A stretch of 64,000 nt of DNA, from positions 16,507 to 80,506 of the forward strand of contig SKMN01000004.1 of assembly GCA_007121015.1 (NCBI GenBank), read 5' to 3'. How positions within the stretch are numbered: position 1 is the stretch's first letter; every line of letters begins with the position of its first letter. Made by a program: the position numbers and the translations under genes. The notes beneath the pieces are model-generated. The model was not told the DNA's origin. It searched no databases and worked only from the letters and a program-made list of their open reading frames with translations. Below are positions 11,375 to 21,494 of the stretch, piece after piece. Source of the DNA: Coriobacteriia bacterium. GTDB taxonomy: Bacteria > Actinomycetota > Coriobacteriia > Anaerosomatales > SLCP01.

Positions 11375-11399
11375 GCCACTCCCTTTCCCGATGCGGTGC

Positions 11400-12746
11400 T
11401 TACGCACCCTCACACATACTGCCGGCGGCGAAGTCGTAGTCCTCGAGCTTGCCGGTGTTGTACGCCTCGTATGCCGCCAGGTCGAAGTGGCCGTGGCCCG
11501 AGAGGCCGAACAGGATGGTGCGGTCCTCGCCCGCCTCGCGTGCGGCGAGCGCCTCGTCGATCGCGGCGCGGATCGCATGGCTCGACTCCGGCGCAGGCAG
11601 GATGCCCTCGGCCCGCGCGAACTGCACCGCGGCGTCGAAACACGCGTTCTGGTGTACGGCCACGGCCTCGATAGCCCCTTCCTTGGCGAGCAGCGAGACG
11701 AGCGGTGAGTCACCATGGTACCGCAGGCCACCCGCGTGGATACCCGCCGGCACGAAGTCGTGGCCGAGGGTGTACATCATCATCTTGGGCGTGAGTCCGG
11801 CCTCGTCGCCGAGGTCGTAGCGGTACTCGCCCGCAGTGAGCGTCGGGCACGCCTTGGGCTCGACCGCCAGGAGCCGTGCGCTCGACTTCCCGTCGGCGCG
11901 GCGCTTGTAGTACGGGAACGAGATCCCGGCGAAGTTCGAGCCGCCGCCCACGCACGCGACGACGACGTCGGGCTCGGCGTCTGCCATCTCCATCTGCAAG
12001 ATCGCCTCCTCGCCGATTATCGTCTGGTGCAGACAGACGTGGTTGAGCACGCTGCCGAGGCAGTAGTGGGTGTCGTCGCGTGTCGCGGCGTCCTCGACGG
12101 CCTCGGATATCGCGATGCCCAGCGAGCCGAGCGAGTTCGGGTCCATCTCGAGCACATGCTTGCCCGCGTTCGTGCGGGTGCTCGGCGAGGAGATGACCTC
12201 GGCGCCGTAGGACTCCATGAGGATGCGGCGGTACGGCTTCTGATCGTACGAGATGCCGACCATGTAGACGGCGCACTCCATATCGTAGAGAGCGCACGCG
12301 ATCGACATGGCACTCCCCCACTGGCCCGCGCCGGTCTCCGTGGCGATGCGCTTGATGCCCTCCTGCTTGTTGTAGAACGCCTGCGGGATGGCGGTGTTGG
12401 GCTTGTGCGAACCGGCGGGCGAGACGCCCTCGTACTTGTAGAAGATCTTGACCCCCGGCGGCAGGCCGAGGTCGCGCTCGAGCTGGAGCGCGCGGTTGAG
12501 CGGACTCGGGCGGTACGTCTTGTAGACCGCCTGGACCTCTTCGGGGATCTCGATGAACCGCTCGGGCGACATCTCCTGCTTGATGAGTTCCATCGCGAAA
12601 AGCGGTGCGAGCGCCTCGGGGCCGAGCGGCTCGTCGGTCGCCGGATGGAGCGGCGGGGCGAGTTCGCCCGGCAGGTCGGGGATGATGTTGTACCAGCTCG
12701 TGGGCATGTCCTTCTCGTCGAGCACGAACTTCGTCCTGTCTGGCAT
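11400..12746 (-). CDS. trpB2: TrpB-like PLP enzyme (TrpB2)
   Basis: WYNIIPDLP, SPAGSHKPNTA, TETGAGQWG and IHAGGLRYHG motifs. Confidence 0.95.
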   Translation of the reverse strand: MPDRTKFVLDEKDMPTSWYNIIPDLPGELAPPLHPATDEPLGPEALAPLFAMELIKQEMSPERFIEIPEEVQAVYKTYRPSPLNRALQLERDLGLPPGVKIFYKYEGVSPAGSHKPNTAIPQAFYNKQEGIKRIATETGAGQWGSAMSIACALYDMECAVYMVGISYDQKPYRRILMESYGAEVISSPSTRTNAGKHVLEMDPNSLGSLGIAISEAVEDAATRDDTHYCLGSVLNHVCLHQTIIGEEAILQMEMADAEPDVVVACVGGGSNFAGISFPYYKRRADGKSSARLLAVEPKACPTLTAGEYRYDLGDEAGLTPKMMMYTLGHDFVPAGIHAGGLRYHGDSPLVSLLAKEGAIEAVAVHQNACFDAAVQFARAEGILPAPESSHAIRAAIDEALAAREAGEDRTILFGLSGHGHFDLAAYEAYNTGKLEDYDFAAGSMCEGA

Positions 12747-12765
12747 GTCGATCTCCTCCTCGTGT

Positions 12766-13602
12766 CTACACCTGATCGGTCGCCGAGCGTATACCTTCAC
12801 GGGCGCCGCCCTTCGCGACACCCGTCAGTTCTTCGAGCACGTCTTCCGGGAACGGCGCACGCATGAGCGTCTCGCCTACGAGCACCGCGTCCGCGCCCGC
12901 GCGCGCCGCCTCCGCGACGTCGGAGCGCGTGCGGACCCCACTCGCCGCGACGACCACGAGTCCTGCGTCCTGTGCCGCGGCCCCCACGACACGTCTCGCG
13001 CGCTCCGGGTCCACATCGAGCGTGCGCAGGTCGCGCGCGTTCACGCCCAGGAGGGTCGCGCCGCACGTGCGTGCGACGTCGAGTTCGGCCTCGTCGACGA
13101 CCTCTACGAGCGCTTCCATGCCAAGAGTGGCAGCGAGGTCGAGATAGTCGCAGAGCGCCGCTCGGCCGAGTACGCTGACCATGAGCAGGACCGCGTCGGC
13201 GCCGTGCCCACGGGCAACGAACACCTGCACCGGGTCGACGACGAAGTCCTTCGCGAGCACCGGCACGTCGACCGCGTCGGAGACATCCGAGAGGTCCGCG
13301 AACGAACCGGCGAACACCTCGGGCTCGGTGAGCACGCTGATCGCCGCAGCGCCGCCATCGGTGTAGTGGAGCGCCTGCTTGGACGCCTCGCACTCGGGTG
13401 CGATCGGACCCGCGCTCGGGGAGGCCTTCTTGACCTCGGCGATGACGGCGACGTCCATGCGTTCGACGAGTTCGGCAGCGAACGGGCGCGGCGGGCGGCT
13501 GCAGCACGCGAGCCGCTCGCGGTCGGCTGGAGCGAGTGCGCCGTACTCCGCGGCGATGCGCGCGGTGCGCCGCGCGACCATATCGGCGAGGAAGTCGCTC
13601 AC
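12766..13602 (-). CDS. trpC: indole-3-glycerol phosphate synthase
   Basis: IAEVKKASPS, SVLTE, KDF, GVNARDL and LVGE motifs. Confidence 0.93.
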   Translation of the reverse strand: MSDFLADMVARRTARIAAEYGALAPADRERLACCSRPPRPFAAELVERMDVAVIAEVKKASPSAGPIAPECEASKQALHYTDGGAAAISVLTEPEVFAGSFADLSDVSDAVDVPVLAKDFVVDPVQVFVARGHGADAVLLMVSVLGRAALCDYLDLAATLGMEALVEVVDEAELDVARTCGATLLGVNARDLRTLDVDPERARRVVGAAAQDAGLVVVAASGVRTRSDVAEAARAGADAVLVGETLMRAPFPEDVLEELTGVAKGGAREGIRSATDQV

Positions 13603-15299
13603 GATACGCTCGCCTCCCGGCGCGCAGCACGACCGAGCCGCTGTGACACCTTCGCGAGCGCTTCGAGCGCGGCGAGCGCCCGGCCCGAGTCGATCGATTC
13701 GCGAGCGGCCACGACGCCCGCAGCGAGGTCGTCGACGGCTCCCGCCGCCATCAATGCGGCAGCAGCGTTCATCAGCACGACGTCGCGCCGGGACCCGTGC
13801 TCGCCCCGGAGGACGGCGGTGAGGATGCGTGCGTTCTCCTCGGCGTCACCTCCGGTGATGTCTGCGAGCGTGCCGCGGGCGATCCCGACCTCCTCGGGCG
13901 TGATCTCGTACGTGCACACCGCGCCGAATGCCTCGTCGTACTCGGCGACCGTCGTCGGGCCGCTCGCGGAGACCTCGTCGAGCCCCGGGTGACCGTGCAC
14001 CACGAGCACCCGCTCGGCACCGAGCCGTCCGGCGACCTCGGCCATGACCGGCGCAAGCGCGGCGTCGTACACGCCGAGGAGCTGGCGCCTGGCGCCCGCC
14101 GGGTTCGTGAGGGGGCCGAGCACGTTGAAGACGGTCCGGATGCCGATCTCGCGACGGGGGCCGGCAGCGTGGCGCATGCTCGCGTGCAGGAACGGTGCGA
14201 ACAGGAAACCCACGCCGCACTCCTCTACGCACCGCGCCATCTCCGCCGCGCCGAGCGTGACGTCGACCCCGAGCGCCTCGAGGACGTCGGCGGAGCCCGC
14301 CGCACTCGAGACCGCGCGGTTGCCGTGCTTGGCGACAGCGACCCCTGTCCCGGCCACCACGAACGCGGTCGTCGTGGAGATGTTGAACGTCGCAAGCCCG
14401 TCACCGCCGGTACCGCACGTGTCGACGTAGCGCTCGACGTTGGGCACCACGGGGGTGGCCCGCTCGCGCATCGCGCGCGCGAAGCCCACGATCTCGTCGG
14501 CGGTCTCGCCCTTCATGCGCATCCCGACGACGAGCGCGCTGATCTGCGCGTCGGTGACCTCGCCGTCCATGATGGCGCCCATGACCTCGGAGGCCTCCAC
14601 CTCGGTGAGCGACTCACCGCAACTCACCTTCCCGATGGCCGAGGCGATCGCACGCACCGCGCCGGCCGAGGGCATGTGCGCTGTCGCGACGTCCGCGACC
14701 TGCGCTGCCCGCTGCTCACCTGCCACCTCTCCGGTGAGCACGAGGAGATTGGCGAGCAGTCTCGCACCCTCGGGCGTGAGCACGCTCTCCGGGTGGAACT
14801 GCACGCCGAATAGGGGCAGGTCGCGGTGGCGGAGCGCCATCACGACCCCGTCGGACGTGCGCGCCTGCACCTCGAGCGCGTCGGGGAACGAGCCGGTCTC
14901 GACACACAGCGAGTGGTAGCGGGTCGCGGTGAACGGGCTCGGAATGCCTGCGAACAGGTCAGCCGCCTCGTGGTGCACCTCGTCGGTCTTGCCGTGGACC
15001 GGCACCGGCGCGCGACAGATCCGGCCGCCGTAGACGTCGGCGATACACTGATGGCCGAGGCACACGCCCAGAAGGGGCACGCCGGCATCGGCCGCGGCGC
15101 GCACCACGTCGCGAGAGACACCCGCGTCGTCAGGCGTACCCGGCCCCGGGGAGATGACGATGCCTGCCGGCTCGAGCGCGAGCGCCTCGGCCGCCGTGAT
15201 CTCGTCGTTGCGATGTACTTCAACCTCGGCCCCGAGCGCCGCCAACAACTGCACCAGGTTGTAAGTGAAGCTGTCATAGTTGTCGATAACGAGTATCAC
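13599..15299 (-). CDS. trpGD: bifunctional anthranilate synthase component II / anthranilate phosphoribosyltransferase
   Basis: IDNYDSFTYN, GVCLGHQ and QFHPES (TrpG) fused to DTCGTGGD, NIST and KHGN (TrpD). Confidence 0.95.
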   Translation of the reverse strand: MILVIDNYDSFTYNLVQLLAALGAEVEVHRNDEITAAEALALEPAGIVISPGPGTPDDAGVSRDVVRAAADAGVPLLGVCLGHQCIADVYGGRICRAPVPVHGKTDEVHHEAADLFAGIPSPFTATRYHSLCVETGSFPDALEVQARTSDGVVMALRHRDLPLFGVQFHPESVLTPEGARLLANLLVLTGEVAGEQRAAQVADVATAHMPSAGAVRAIASAIGKVSCGESLTEVEASEVMGAIMDGEVTDAQISALVVGMRMKGETADEIVGFARAMRERATPVVPNVERYVDTCGTGGDGLATFNISTTTAFVVAGTGVAVAKHGNRAVSSAAGSADVLEALGVDVTLGAAEMARCVEECGVGFLFAPFLHASMRHAAGPRREIGIRTVFNVLGPLTNPAGARRQLLGVYDAALAPVMAEVAGRLGAERVLVVHGHPGLDEVSASGPTTVAEYDEAFGAVCTYEITPEEVGIARGTLADITGGDAEENARILTAVLRGEHGSRRDVVLMNAAAALMAAGAVDDLAAGVVAARESIDSGRALAALEALAKVSQRLGRAARREASVS

Positions 15300-16897
15300 G
15301 ATCTGCCCCCGTCCTGCGTAGCGACGGCGCGGGCGCTCCGCTCACGGTCCTCGCCGGGGGCCCTGGCGCCTTCGGCGCCCGCCCCGGCTGCGGAGTGTTC
15401 GCTGCGGCCCACCCCGTCGCCTCCCGAACGCATCCCGGCTGCCAACTCCAATGCTTTGTGCAGCGCACGTGCCTTGTGGAGGCACTCGTCGTACTCGCGC
15501 TCGGGGTCGGAGTCGGCCACTATCCCAGCACCAGATTGCAGGTAGGCGCGCCCGCTGGCGATGACGAACGTGCGGATCGTGATACACATGTCCATGGCGC
15601 CATCGAGACCGAAGTAGCCGACCGTGCCGGCATACGGGCCGCGGGCGGCGGGCTCCAGGTCGGCGATGACCTCCATCGCCCGCACCTTGGGCGCGCCCGA
15701 TACGGTGCCAGCCGGGAACGTCGCTTCGAGCGCGTCGATGGCGTCCTTGCCGTCGGCGAGCGTGCCGGTCACGTTGCTCACGATGTGCATGACGTGGCTG
15801 TAGTACTCGACTTCCATGAGCTCGTCCACAGCCACCGAGCCCGGAGCGCTCACGCGGCCCAGGTCGTTGCGGCCAAGGTCGACGAGCATGACGTGTTCTG
15901 CGCGCTCCTTCTCGTCGGCGAGCAGGTCGGCGCGCAGCCGGCCGTCCTCGGCCAGGTCCGCCCCGCGCGGGCGCGTGCCCGCGAGCGGGCGGGTGAGCAC
16001 CGAGTCACCCTCGACGCGCACGAGCGGCTCGGGGCTCGAACCTACGAGCGTCACGTCGCGCGTTCGGACGTAGAACATGTACGGGCTCGGGTTGACGGCG
16101 CGCAGCACACGATACAGGTCGATGCCGTCGCCCTCGTAAGGAGCGCTGAAGCGCTGCGACAGCACCACCTGGAAGATGTCGCCGGCCACGATGTGCTCCT
16201 TGGCCCTCTCCACCTGGCCGAGGAACTCTTCGCGCGAGGTGTGCTCGACAAGCGGGACTTCGCGTCTCACACCGACGTCGCCCAGCTCCGCACCCCTCGG
16301 CCCCTCGTCGATGCGCTTGAGGAAGCCGTCGATGCGGCCGAGCGCCCGGTCGTAGGCGGCCTCGGGCGCGCCACCGGGGCGAACCGGTGCGATGACCTGC
16401 ATGACGCGCCTCGCGTGATCGAACGCGACCACCACGTCGGCCATCATGAACGCCATGTCGGGGACGCCGAGCTCGTCGTTGGAGTGGCGCGGGACCTTCT
16501 CGAACGTTGTCGTCGCCTCGTAGCCCACGTAGCCCACCGCACCGCCCACAAAGAGCGGGAGCCCGGGTACGCGCGCTACACTCCCCGCATCGAGCCTGCG
16601 GGCCACGACCCTGAGCGGGTCGTCGGCGCGCTCGCCGCTCACGCCGCCGTTCTCCACGACGACCTCGTTGCCGCGCGCGCTCACGACCTCGCGGTCGCCC
16701 ACGCCGAGGAAGCTGTAGCGGCCGAGCCGCTCCCCGCCAACGACGCTCTCGAGGAGGAACGCGTGCTCGGCACCCTCGGCGAGCGCCATGAACGCGCTGA
16801 TAGGTGTGGCGAGGTCGGCGTAGACCTCGCGTGCAACCGGGACCACGTCGTGGTCCTCGGCAAGTCTGACGAACTCTTCTCTGCTCGGCACTACCAT
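15296..16897 (-). CDS. trpE: anthranilate synthase component I
   Basis: FLLES, NPSPYM, AEHVMLVDLGRND and GTVSGAPK motifs. Confidence 0.96.
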   Translation of the reverse strand: MVVPSREEFVRLAEDHDVVPVAREVYADLATPISAFMALAEGAEHAFLLESVVGGERLGRYSFLGVGDREVVSARGNEVVVENGGVSGERADDPLRVVARRLDAGSVARVPGLPLFVGGAVGYVGYEATTTFEKVPRHSNDELGVPDMAFMMADVVVAFDHARRVMQVIAPVRPGGAPEAAYDRALGRIDGFLKRIDEGPRGAELGDVGVRREVPLVEHTSREEFLGQVERAKEHIVAGDIFQVVLSQRFSAPYEGDGIDLYRVLRAVNPSPYMFYVRTRDVTLVGSSPEPLVRVEGDSVLTRPLAGTRPRGADLAEDGRLRADLLADEKERAEHVMLVDLGRNDLGRVSAPGSVAVDELMEVEYYSHVMHIVSNVTGTLADGKDAIDALEATFPAGTVSGAPKVRAMEVIADLEPAARGPYAGTVGYFGLDGAMDMCITIRTFVIASGRAYLQSGAGIVADSDPEREYDECLHKARALHKALELAAGMRSGGDGVGRSEHSAAGAGAEGARAPGEDRERSARAVATQDGGRS

Positions 16898-16954
16898 GAT
16901 GCCTGCGCTCCTTCACAGCACCTACCCTGTGGGATGCGAGGTCACCTGGGCCGA

Positions 16955-17260
16955 GAAAACACAAAGACCCCTCATCCCAAGGGACGAGAGGTCGGTCTCG
17001 CGGTGCCACCCTTGTTGCCCCGTCAACGTGCGACGGGGCCACTTGTCCTGACAGTACGTGGACGTCCGCGCCGTCTTGAGTGGCGCTGCGTCCGAATACC
17101 CGGTCCCTTCTATCGGTGGGAGTCCGCCGGAACTAGTAGGCGCTAGCCGTTGCTCCGGAGCCTCAGGGGTCCATTCCTACCGGCCGCCCAGGTCGGGTTT
17201 CCACCATCCCCGACTCTCTATCGCTGTGCTGACCGGAGTACTACTCCCCGTCATCGGCGT
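16955..17260 (-). ncRNA. T-box riboswitch, Trp-specific (transcriptional)
   Basis: Minus strand shows AGTA, AGAGA and GGTGGAA stem I elements; specifier GAA-TGG-A (UGG at 17173-17171); T-box AAGGGTGGCACCGCG (17013-16999); terminator GACCTCTCGTCCC..GGGATGAGGGGTC-TTTGTGTTTT. Confidence 0.92.
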
Positions 17261-17279
17261 GTATCCGATTGTAGGCGGC

Positions 17280-17309
17280 AGTGTAGCACCGTGCGCGAAC
17301 GGCACGCAA
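17280..17309 (-). promoter_or_regulatory. sigma-A type promoter of the trp leader
   Basis: TTGCGT-N18-TACACT with extended TG. Confidence 0.55.
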
Positions 17310-17368
17310 GCGCGACCGCTCGGACGGCTCGTTCGGGTGACGCGTGGACACGCCGACCGGCTACGGCC

Positions 17369-17614
17369 TCACCGGAACGCCCGGGCGATCGCGATCACGA
17401 TGACGGCGCCGAGCGTGGCCACGAGGATAGACCACAGGTTGAGGCCGTCCACGGTGCCAAAGCCCAGCAGGCTCATGACGAACCCGCCGACGAACGCTCC
17501 CACGATACCCAGCAGCACCGTGACGAGGCACCCGGCGCGCTCGCCACCGCCGGCGATCGCCTGTCCCAGCAGCCCCGCGAGCAGTCCCACGATGATCCAA
17601 CTCAACAGCCCCAT
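17369..17614 (-). CDS. GlsB/YeaQ/YmgE family (transglycosylase-associated) membrane protein
   Basis: SWIIVGLLAG..LLGIVGAFVGG..ATLGAV pattern. Confidence 0.9.
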   Translation of the reverse strand: MGLLSWIIVGLLAGLLGQAIAGGGERAGCLVTVLLGIVGAFVGGFVMSLLGFGTVDGLNLWSILVATLGAVIVIAIARAFR

Positions 17615-17623
17615 GACGTCCTC

Positions 17624-18040
17624 CTACTGCCGATCGGTCTCCCCGTGTCGTACCGAACCGTCGTCGCTCACGGTCTCCACGACCTCGGTGGAGGAGCTGC
17701 GCAGCGCCCACATAAGGAGCGAACCCACACCCCACGCGATGACGGCATAGACGGCGATCGCCAGGAGCGAGTTCCACTCGAAGACCGCGCGGTCCATCTC
17801 GGTGTCGGGGAACACCGCTTCGAACGGGGCGATGAAGGGCGCGGAGATCGCGTAGACGAACTCGACGAACGTGGCGTCGGGGTTCGCGCCGAGGAGCAGA
17901 AGCATGAAGCGGAATGCGAGGATGACGATGATGATGCTTACGATCGCGTAGGCCAGGCGCGATAGCGCGACGCCAGGAGACGGACGCCTCCCCCTCCTGA
18001 CGACCTGGACTCGCTCTTCCGTGTGGCGCTCCTCCATCAC
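17624..18040 (-). CDS. YggT family membrane protein
   Basis: RF..LLGANP...F..FVYAISAPFIAPF pattern. Confidence 0.8.
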   Translation of the reverse strand: MMEERHTEERVQVVRRGRRPSPGVALSRLAYAIVSIIIVILAFRFMLLLLGANPDATFVEFVYAISAPFIAPFEAVFPDTEMDRAVFEWNSLLAIAVYAVIAWGVGSLLMWALRSSSTEVVETVSDDGSVRHGETDRQ

Positions 18041-18119
18041 TCACCCCTTCACTCGATCGGATGATCCTCGACACATTCTACCCAAAGTACCGGATCCGCG
18101 GGCTCGAGACGGCCGGACG

Positions 18120-18587
18120 TCACCGGTGGTACGGCTCGCCTCGCTGGATGCGGAACGCGCGGTAGAGTTGCTCGAGCACGACGACGCGCGCGAGCTGGTG
18201 TGGCAGCGTCATCGGGCCGAGGGAGAGGCGCTCGTGGGCATGCGAGACGACCTCATCGGCCAGCCCCGCCGCCCCGCCGATCACGAAGACCGCGTGGCTG
18301 TGCCCGCCGACGGCAAGCCCGGCGAGGTGGGCCGCGAACTCCTCCGAGGAGCGCTGACGGCCTCCAGCATCGAGCACGAACACCCGTGCGCTGTCGGGGA
18401 GCGCACGTACGACGGCGGCCCCCTCCTCGGCGAGGGCGCGAGCTTCGTCGCGCGTCACGTCGCGGTCGGCGATCTCGACTACCTCGACCGTGGCGAACGG
18501 CGCGAGCCGCTTGAGATACTCATCGGCCGCCTCGCGCCAGTGGCGCTCCTTGAGACGGCCCACAGCGACGATGGTGACCCGCCTCAC
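18120..18587 (-). CDS. rlmH: 23S rRNA (pseudouridine1915-N3)-methyltransferase
   Basis: AVGRLKE, FVIGGAAGL, TLPHQLARVVVLEQLYRA and PYH motifs. Confidence 0.96.
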   Translation of the reverse strand: MRRVTIVAVGRLKERHWREAADEYLKRLAPFATVEVVEIADRDVTRDEARALAEEGAAVVRALPDSARVFVLDAGGRQRSSEEFAAHLAGLAVGGHSHAVFVIGGAAGLADEVVSHAHERLSLGPMTLPHQLARVVVLEQLYRAFRIQRGEPYHR

Positions 18588-19975
18588 GGACGGTCCAGGT
18601 CGGAGCCGAGTGTCACCTCGAGATCACGCTCGGTATCCGCACGCACGACGGTGATCGGGATGGTCTCCCCGACGCTCGCGGAGCGGATGATGGCCACGAC
18701 CTCCTCGCCCCGGACGACCTCACGACCCGCCATCTGCACGATGATGTCGCCGCGACGTAGGCCTGCACGGTCGGCGGGCGAACCCGACTCGACGAACTGT
18801 ACGAGCGCCCCGGCGCGCACCGGCAGATCGAACTGGACCGCGAGGTTCTGGTCGACGGTCATCGTCGTGATGCCCATGTAGGGATGGATGGCGGTGCCCG
18901 TCTTGATGATCTGGTCGACGACGTTGCGCACGAAGTCGACGGGGATAGCGAAGCCGATGCCGGCCGATTGCGGTGCACCGATAGCGCCGGCCGGCGACTG
19001 GATGAGCGTGTTGATGCCGATGAGGTTGCCTTCCGAATCCACGAGCGCGCCGCCGGAGTTGCCGGGGTTGATGGCGGCGTCGGTCTGTATGAGGTTCGTG
19101 TAGCGCGCCGCGCCCGGCATGTGCTCGCCGTCGGGCGTGCGCTGGAGCGCGGAGATGATGCCTGCAGTCACCGTCTTCTCGAGCCCGAAGGGGCTCCCGA
19201 CGGCGACCACGAACTGTCCGACGGAAAGATCGGCCGAGGAGCCGAACTCCATGACCGGAAGGTCCGTGCCGGGCACCCGCAGGACGGCGAGGTCCGTGGA
19301 CGCGTCCACGCCGACCACACTTGCCTCGAGGTCCTGCACGCCGACGGTCACGATGATGCGCTCGGCATTCTCGATGACGTGGAAATTCGTGACGACGTAC
19401 CCGTCCTCGCGCACGATGACGCCGGACCCGTTTCCCACCTCGCGCTGCCGTGTGCCACCCGTGAACGGGTCGAACACCGTCTGCTGGACCGCGACGTTGA
19501 CGACGGACGGCGTGACCTTGGCTGCCACTGCGACCGCTGCGTCCACCTCGGCGCTCGCCTGGATGCTCACATCGCTCGGGCGTGCCGCGTCCGTGACGGT
19601 GGGTGCGACCGGTCGCACCCCGGGGACCAGCCCGAGGACCCACACGAGTGCCGCGGCGACCACCAGGCCACCGACCGCCGCGCCGAACGACGCGGCGGCG
19701 AACACGGCCGCACTCGACCAGCGCCGCACGACCGCCGGCTCCTCGCACGGCTCGTCGGCATCGGACGTGTAGTCGCACACGGGCAGCGGCCCGCTCACGA
19801 CAGTGGTTGCAGGCTCGCGTGCAGCGCCCTCGTCTGTCGAAGAGTCCGGCTCGGACTCGGGTCCGCGCTCGGGTGCGTCTGCCGCTGCCTCCGGCTCGTC
19901 AGGCGCGTCTTCGTACGGCACCTCTCGCGAACCGAACGAGATCGTCTTGGGGATGTGGGGGCGCTCGTCGACCAT
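18584..19975 (-). CDS. htrA: HtrA/DegP family membrane-anchored serine protease with PDZ domain
   Basis: TM segment; TNFHV, DLAVL and IQTDAAINPGNSGG motifs; C-terminal PDZ. Confidence 0.93.
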   Translation of the reverse strand: MVDERPHIPKTISFGSREVPYEDAPDEPEAAADAPERGPESEPDSSTDEGAAREPATTVVSGPLPVCDYTSDADEPCEEPAVVRRWSSAAVFAAASFGAAVGGLVVAAALVWVLGLVPGVRPVAPTVTDAARPSDVSIQASAEVDAAVAVAAKVTPSVVNVAVQQTVFDPFTGGTRQREVGNGSGVIVREDGYVVTNFHVIENAERIIVTVGVQDLEASVVGVDASTDLAVLRVPGTDLPVMEFGSSADLSVGQFVVAVGSPFGLEKTVTAGIISALQRTPDGEHMPGAARYTNLIQTDAAINPGNSGGALVDSEGNLIGINTLIQSPAGAIGAPQSAGIGFAIPVDFVRNVVDQIIKTGTAIHPYMGITTMTVDQNLAVQFDLPVRAGALVQFVESGSPADRAGLRRGDIIVQMAGREVVRGEEVVAIIRSASVGETIPITVVRADTERDLEVTLGSDLDRP

Positions 19976-20114
19976 CGGTATACCTCACGTACGGGACTCG
20001 GACGTCTACGTGCGGAGTATACCCCGCCCGGCGCACGCGCACCGCGGCTCGGACGGCTTCTCCACCCAGGCTACACGGGAGTCAGCGCAGGTGGGATGGG
20101 GAGCGGGGCCCCTA

Positions 20115-21494
20115 TCAGCCGAGTGCCACACCGAGAGCGGCAAGGAGCGGTGAGGCGCCGACACCGATGGCGACCGTCGCGATCGCCGCGATCGCGAGTG
20201 CGAGCGACGCGGTGGGCGCGGGCTCGAGTGCCGCGATGCCCGCCGGCTCATCTCCGAAGAACATCTCGCGCACGACCCGGAAGTAGTACCCTGCCGACAC
20301 GACGCTCGTGAGCACGCCGAGCACCACGAGCCATACGAGCCCGGCGCTCAGAGCGGAACCGAACAGGTACAGTTTGCCGAAGAAACCGGCAAGCGGCGGG
20401 ATACCGATGAGCGACACGAGCCACACGACCATCGACCACGCCGCGAGCGGGCGTCGCGACGCGAGCTTGCCGAGATCGGTGAGGTCGCTCCCCTCCTCGG
20501 CGGCCACGAGCATGATCGCCATCGACGGCACCGCGTAGGCGACCGTGTAGAACACCGCGGCACCGTAGCCGGCGGAGGTGTCGGGCGCGAGCGCCATGAA
20601 GAGGTAGCCGGTGTGCGCTACGCCGGAGTACGCCATGAGGCGGCGCAGGTCCGACTGCGGGAGCGCCGCCAGGTTGCCGAGGAGCATCGACGCGGCCGCG
20701 ACGACCGCCATGATGGTCACGAGGCCGCCGACGTCGCCCGCCACCGCGTGGAGCAGGCGCGCCATGACCGCGATGCCGGCGATCTTGGGCACGGTCGAGA
20801 CGAACGCGACGGAGACGGCCGGTGCGCCCGCATACGCGTCGGGTGCCCAGTAGTGGAACGGGGCGGCCGACATCTTCGCGAACAGGCCCACGAGCGTGAG
20901 CATCACGCCGAGTACGCCGAGCATCCCACTGCCTTCGAGGGCGAGCTCGGCGAAGGACGTGGAGCCGGAGATGCCGTAGAGGAACGACATGCCGTAGAGC
21001 ATGATGATGCTCGTGAGCATGGCGAGCAGGAAGTACTTGAGGGCACCTTCCAGGCCGGGCACGTCGCGGCGGCGGTACCCCATGAGCACGTACGCCGGCA
21101 TCGTCGAGAGCTCGAGAGCGATGTACATGACGATGAGGTCCTCGGCCATCGTGAGCAGCATGCCGCCGCCCGCAGCGAACATCGCGAGTGCGACGGCGTC
21201 CCGGCGTCGCTCGTCAGGCATACCTCGGCCAGCGACCCACAGCGCCCACAGGGCAGTGAGCGCAGCGATACCGGTACGCGCGAAGCGCGCGATCTCGTCG
21301 GGCTCTACCTGACCGAACACCATCGGCCCGGCCGTGCCGCCCGCAGCCGCGAGCACGGCGGCGAGGGCAGCTACCGCAGCGCCGACGTACGCGGCGGTAC
21401 GGTCTCGCCCTGGCAGGAGGTCGCCGAAGAGCGCGATAAACGCGCCTGCGACGATGAGGACCTCGGGAGCGAATATCCAGTAGCCGGAGAGCAT
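20115..21494 (-). CDS. nuoN: NADH-quinone oxidoreductase subunit N
   Basis: EGALKYF, K..AAPFHYWAPDAY and RLMAYS motifs. Confidence 0.93.
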   Translation of the reverse strand: MLSGYWIFAPEVLIVAGAFIALFGDLLPGRDRTAAYVGAAVAALAAVLAAAGGTAGPMVFGQVEPDEIARFARTGIAALTALWALWVAGRGMPDERRRDAVALAMFAAGGGMLLTMAEDLIVMYIALELSTMPAYVLMGYRRRDVPGLEGALKYFLLAMLTSIIMLYGMSFLYGISGSTSFAELALEGSGMLGVLGVMLTLVGLFAKMSAAPFHYWAPDAYAGAPAVSVAFVSTVPKIAGIAVMARLLHAVAGDVGGLVTIMAVVAAASMLLGNLAALPQSDLRRLMAYSGVAHTGYLFMALAPDTSAGYGAAVFYTVAYAVPSMAIMLVAAEEGSDLTDLGKLASRRPLAAWSMVVWLVSLIGIPPLAGFFGKLYLFGSALSAGLVWLVVLGVLTSVVSAGYYFRVVREMFFGDEPAGIAALEPAPTASLALAIAAIATVAIGVGASPLLAALGVALG

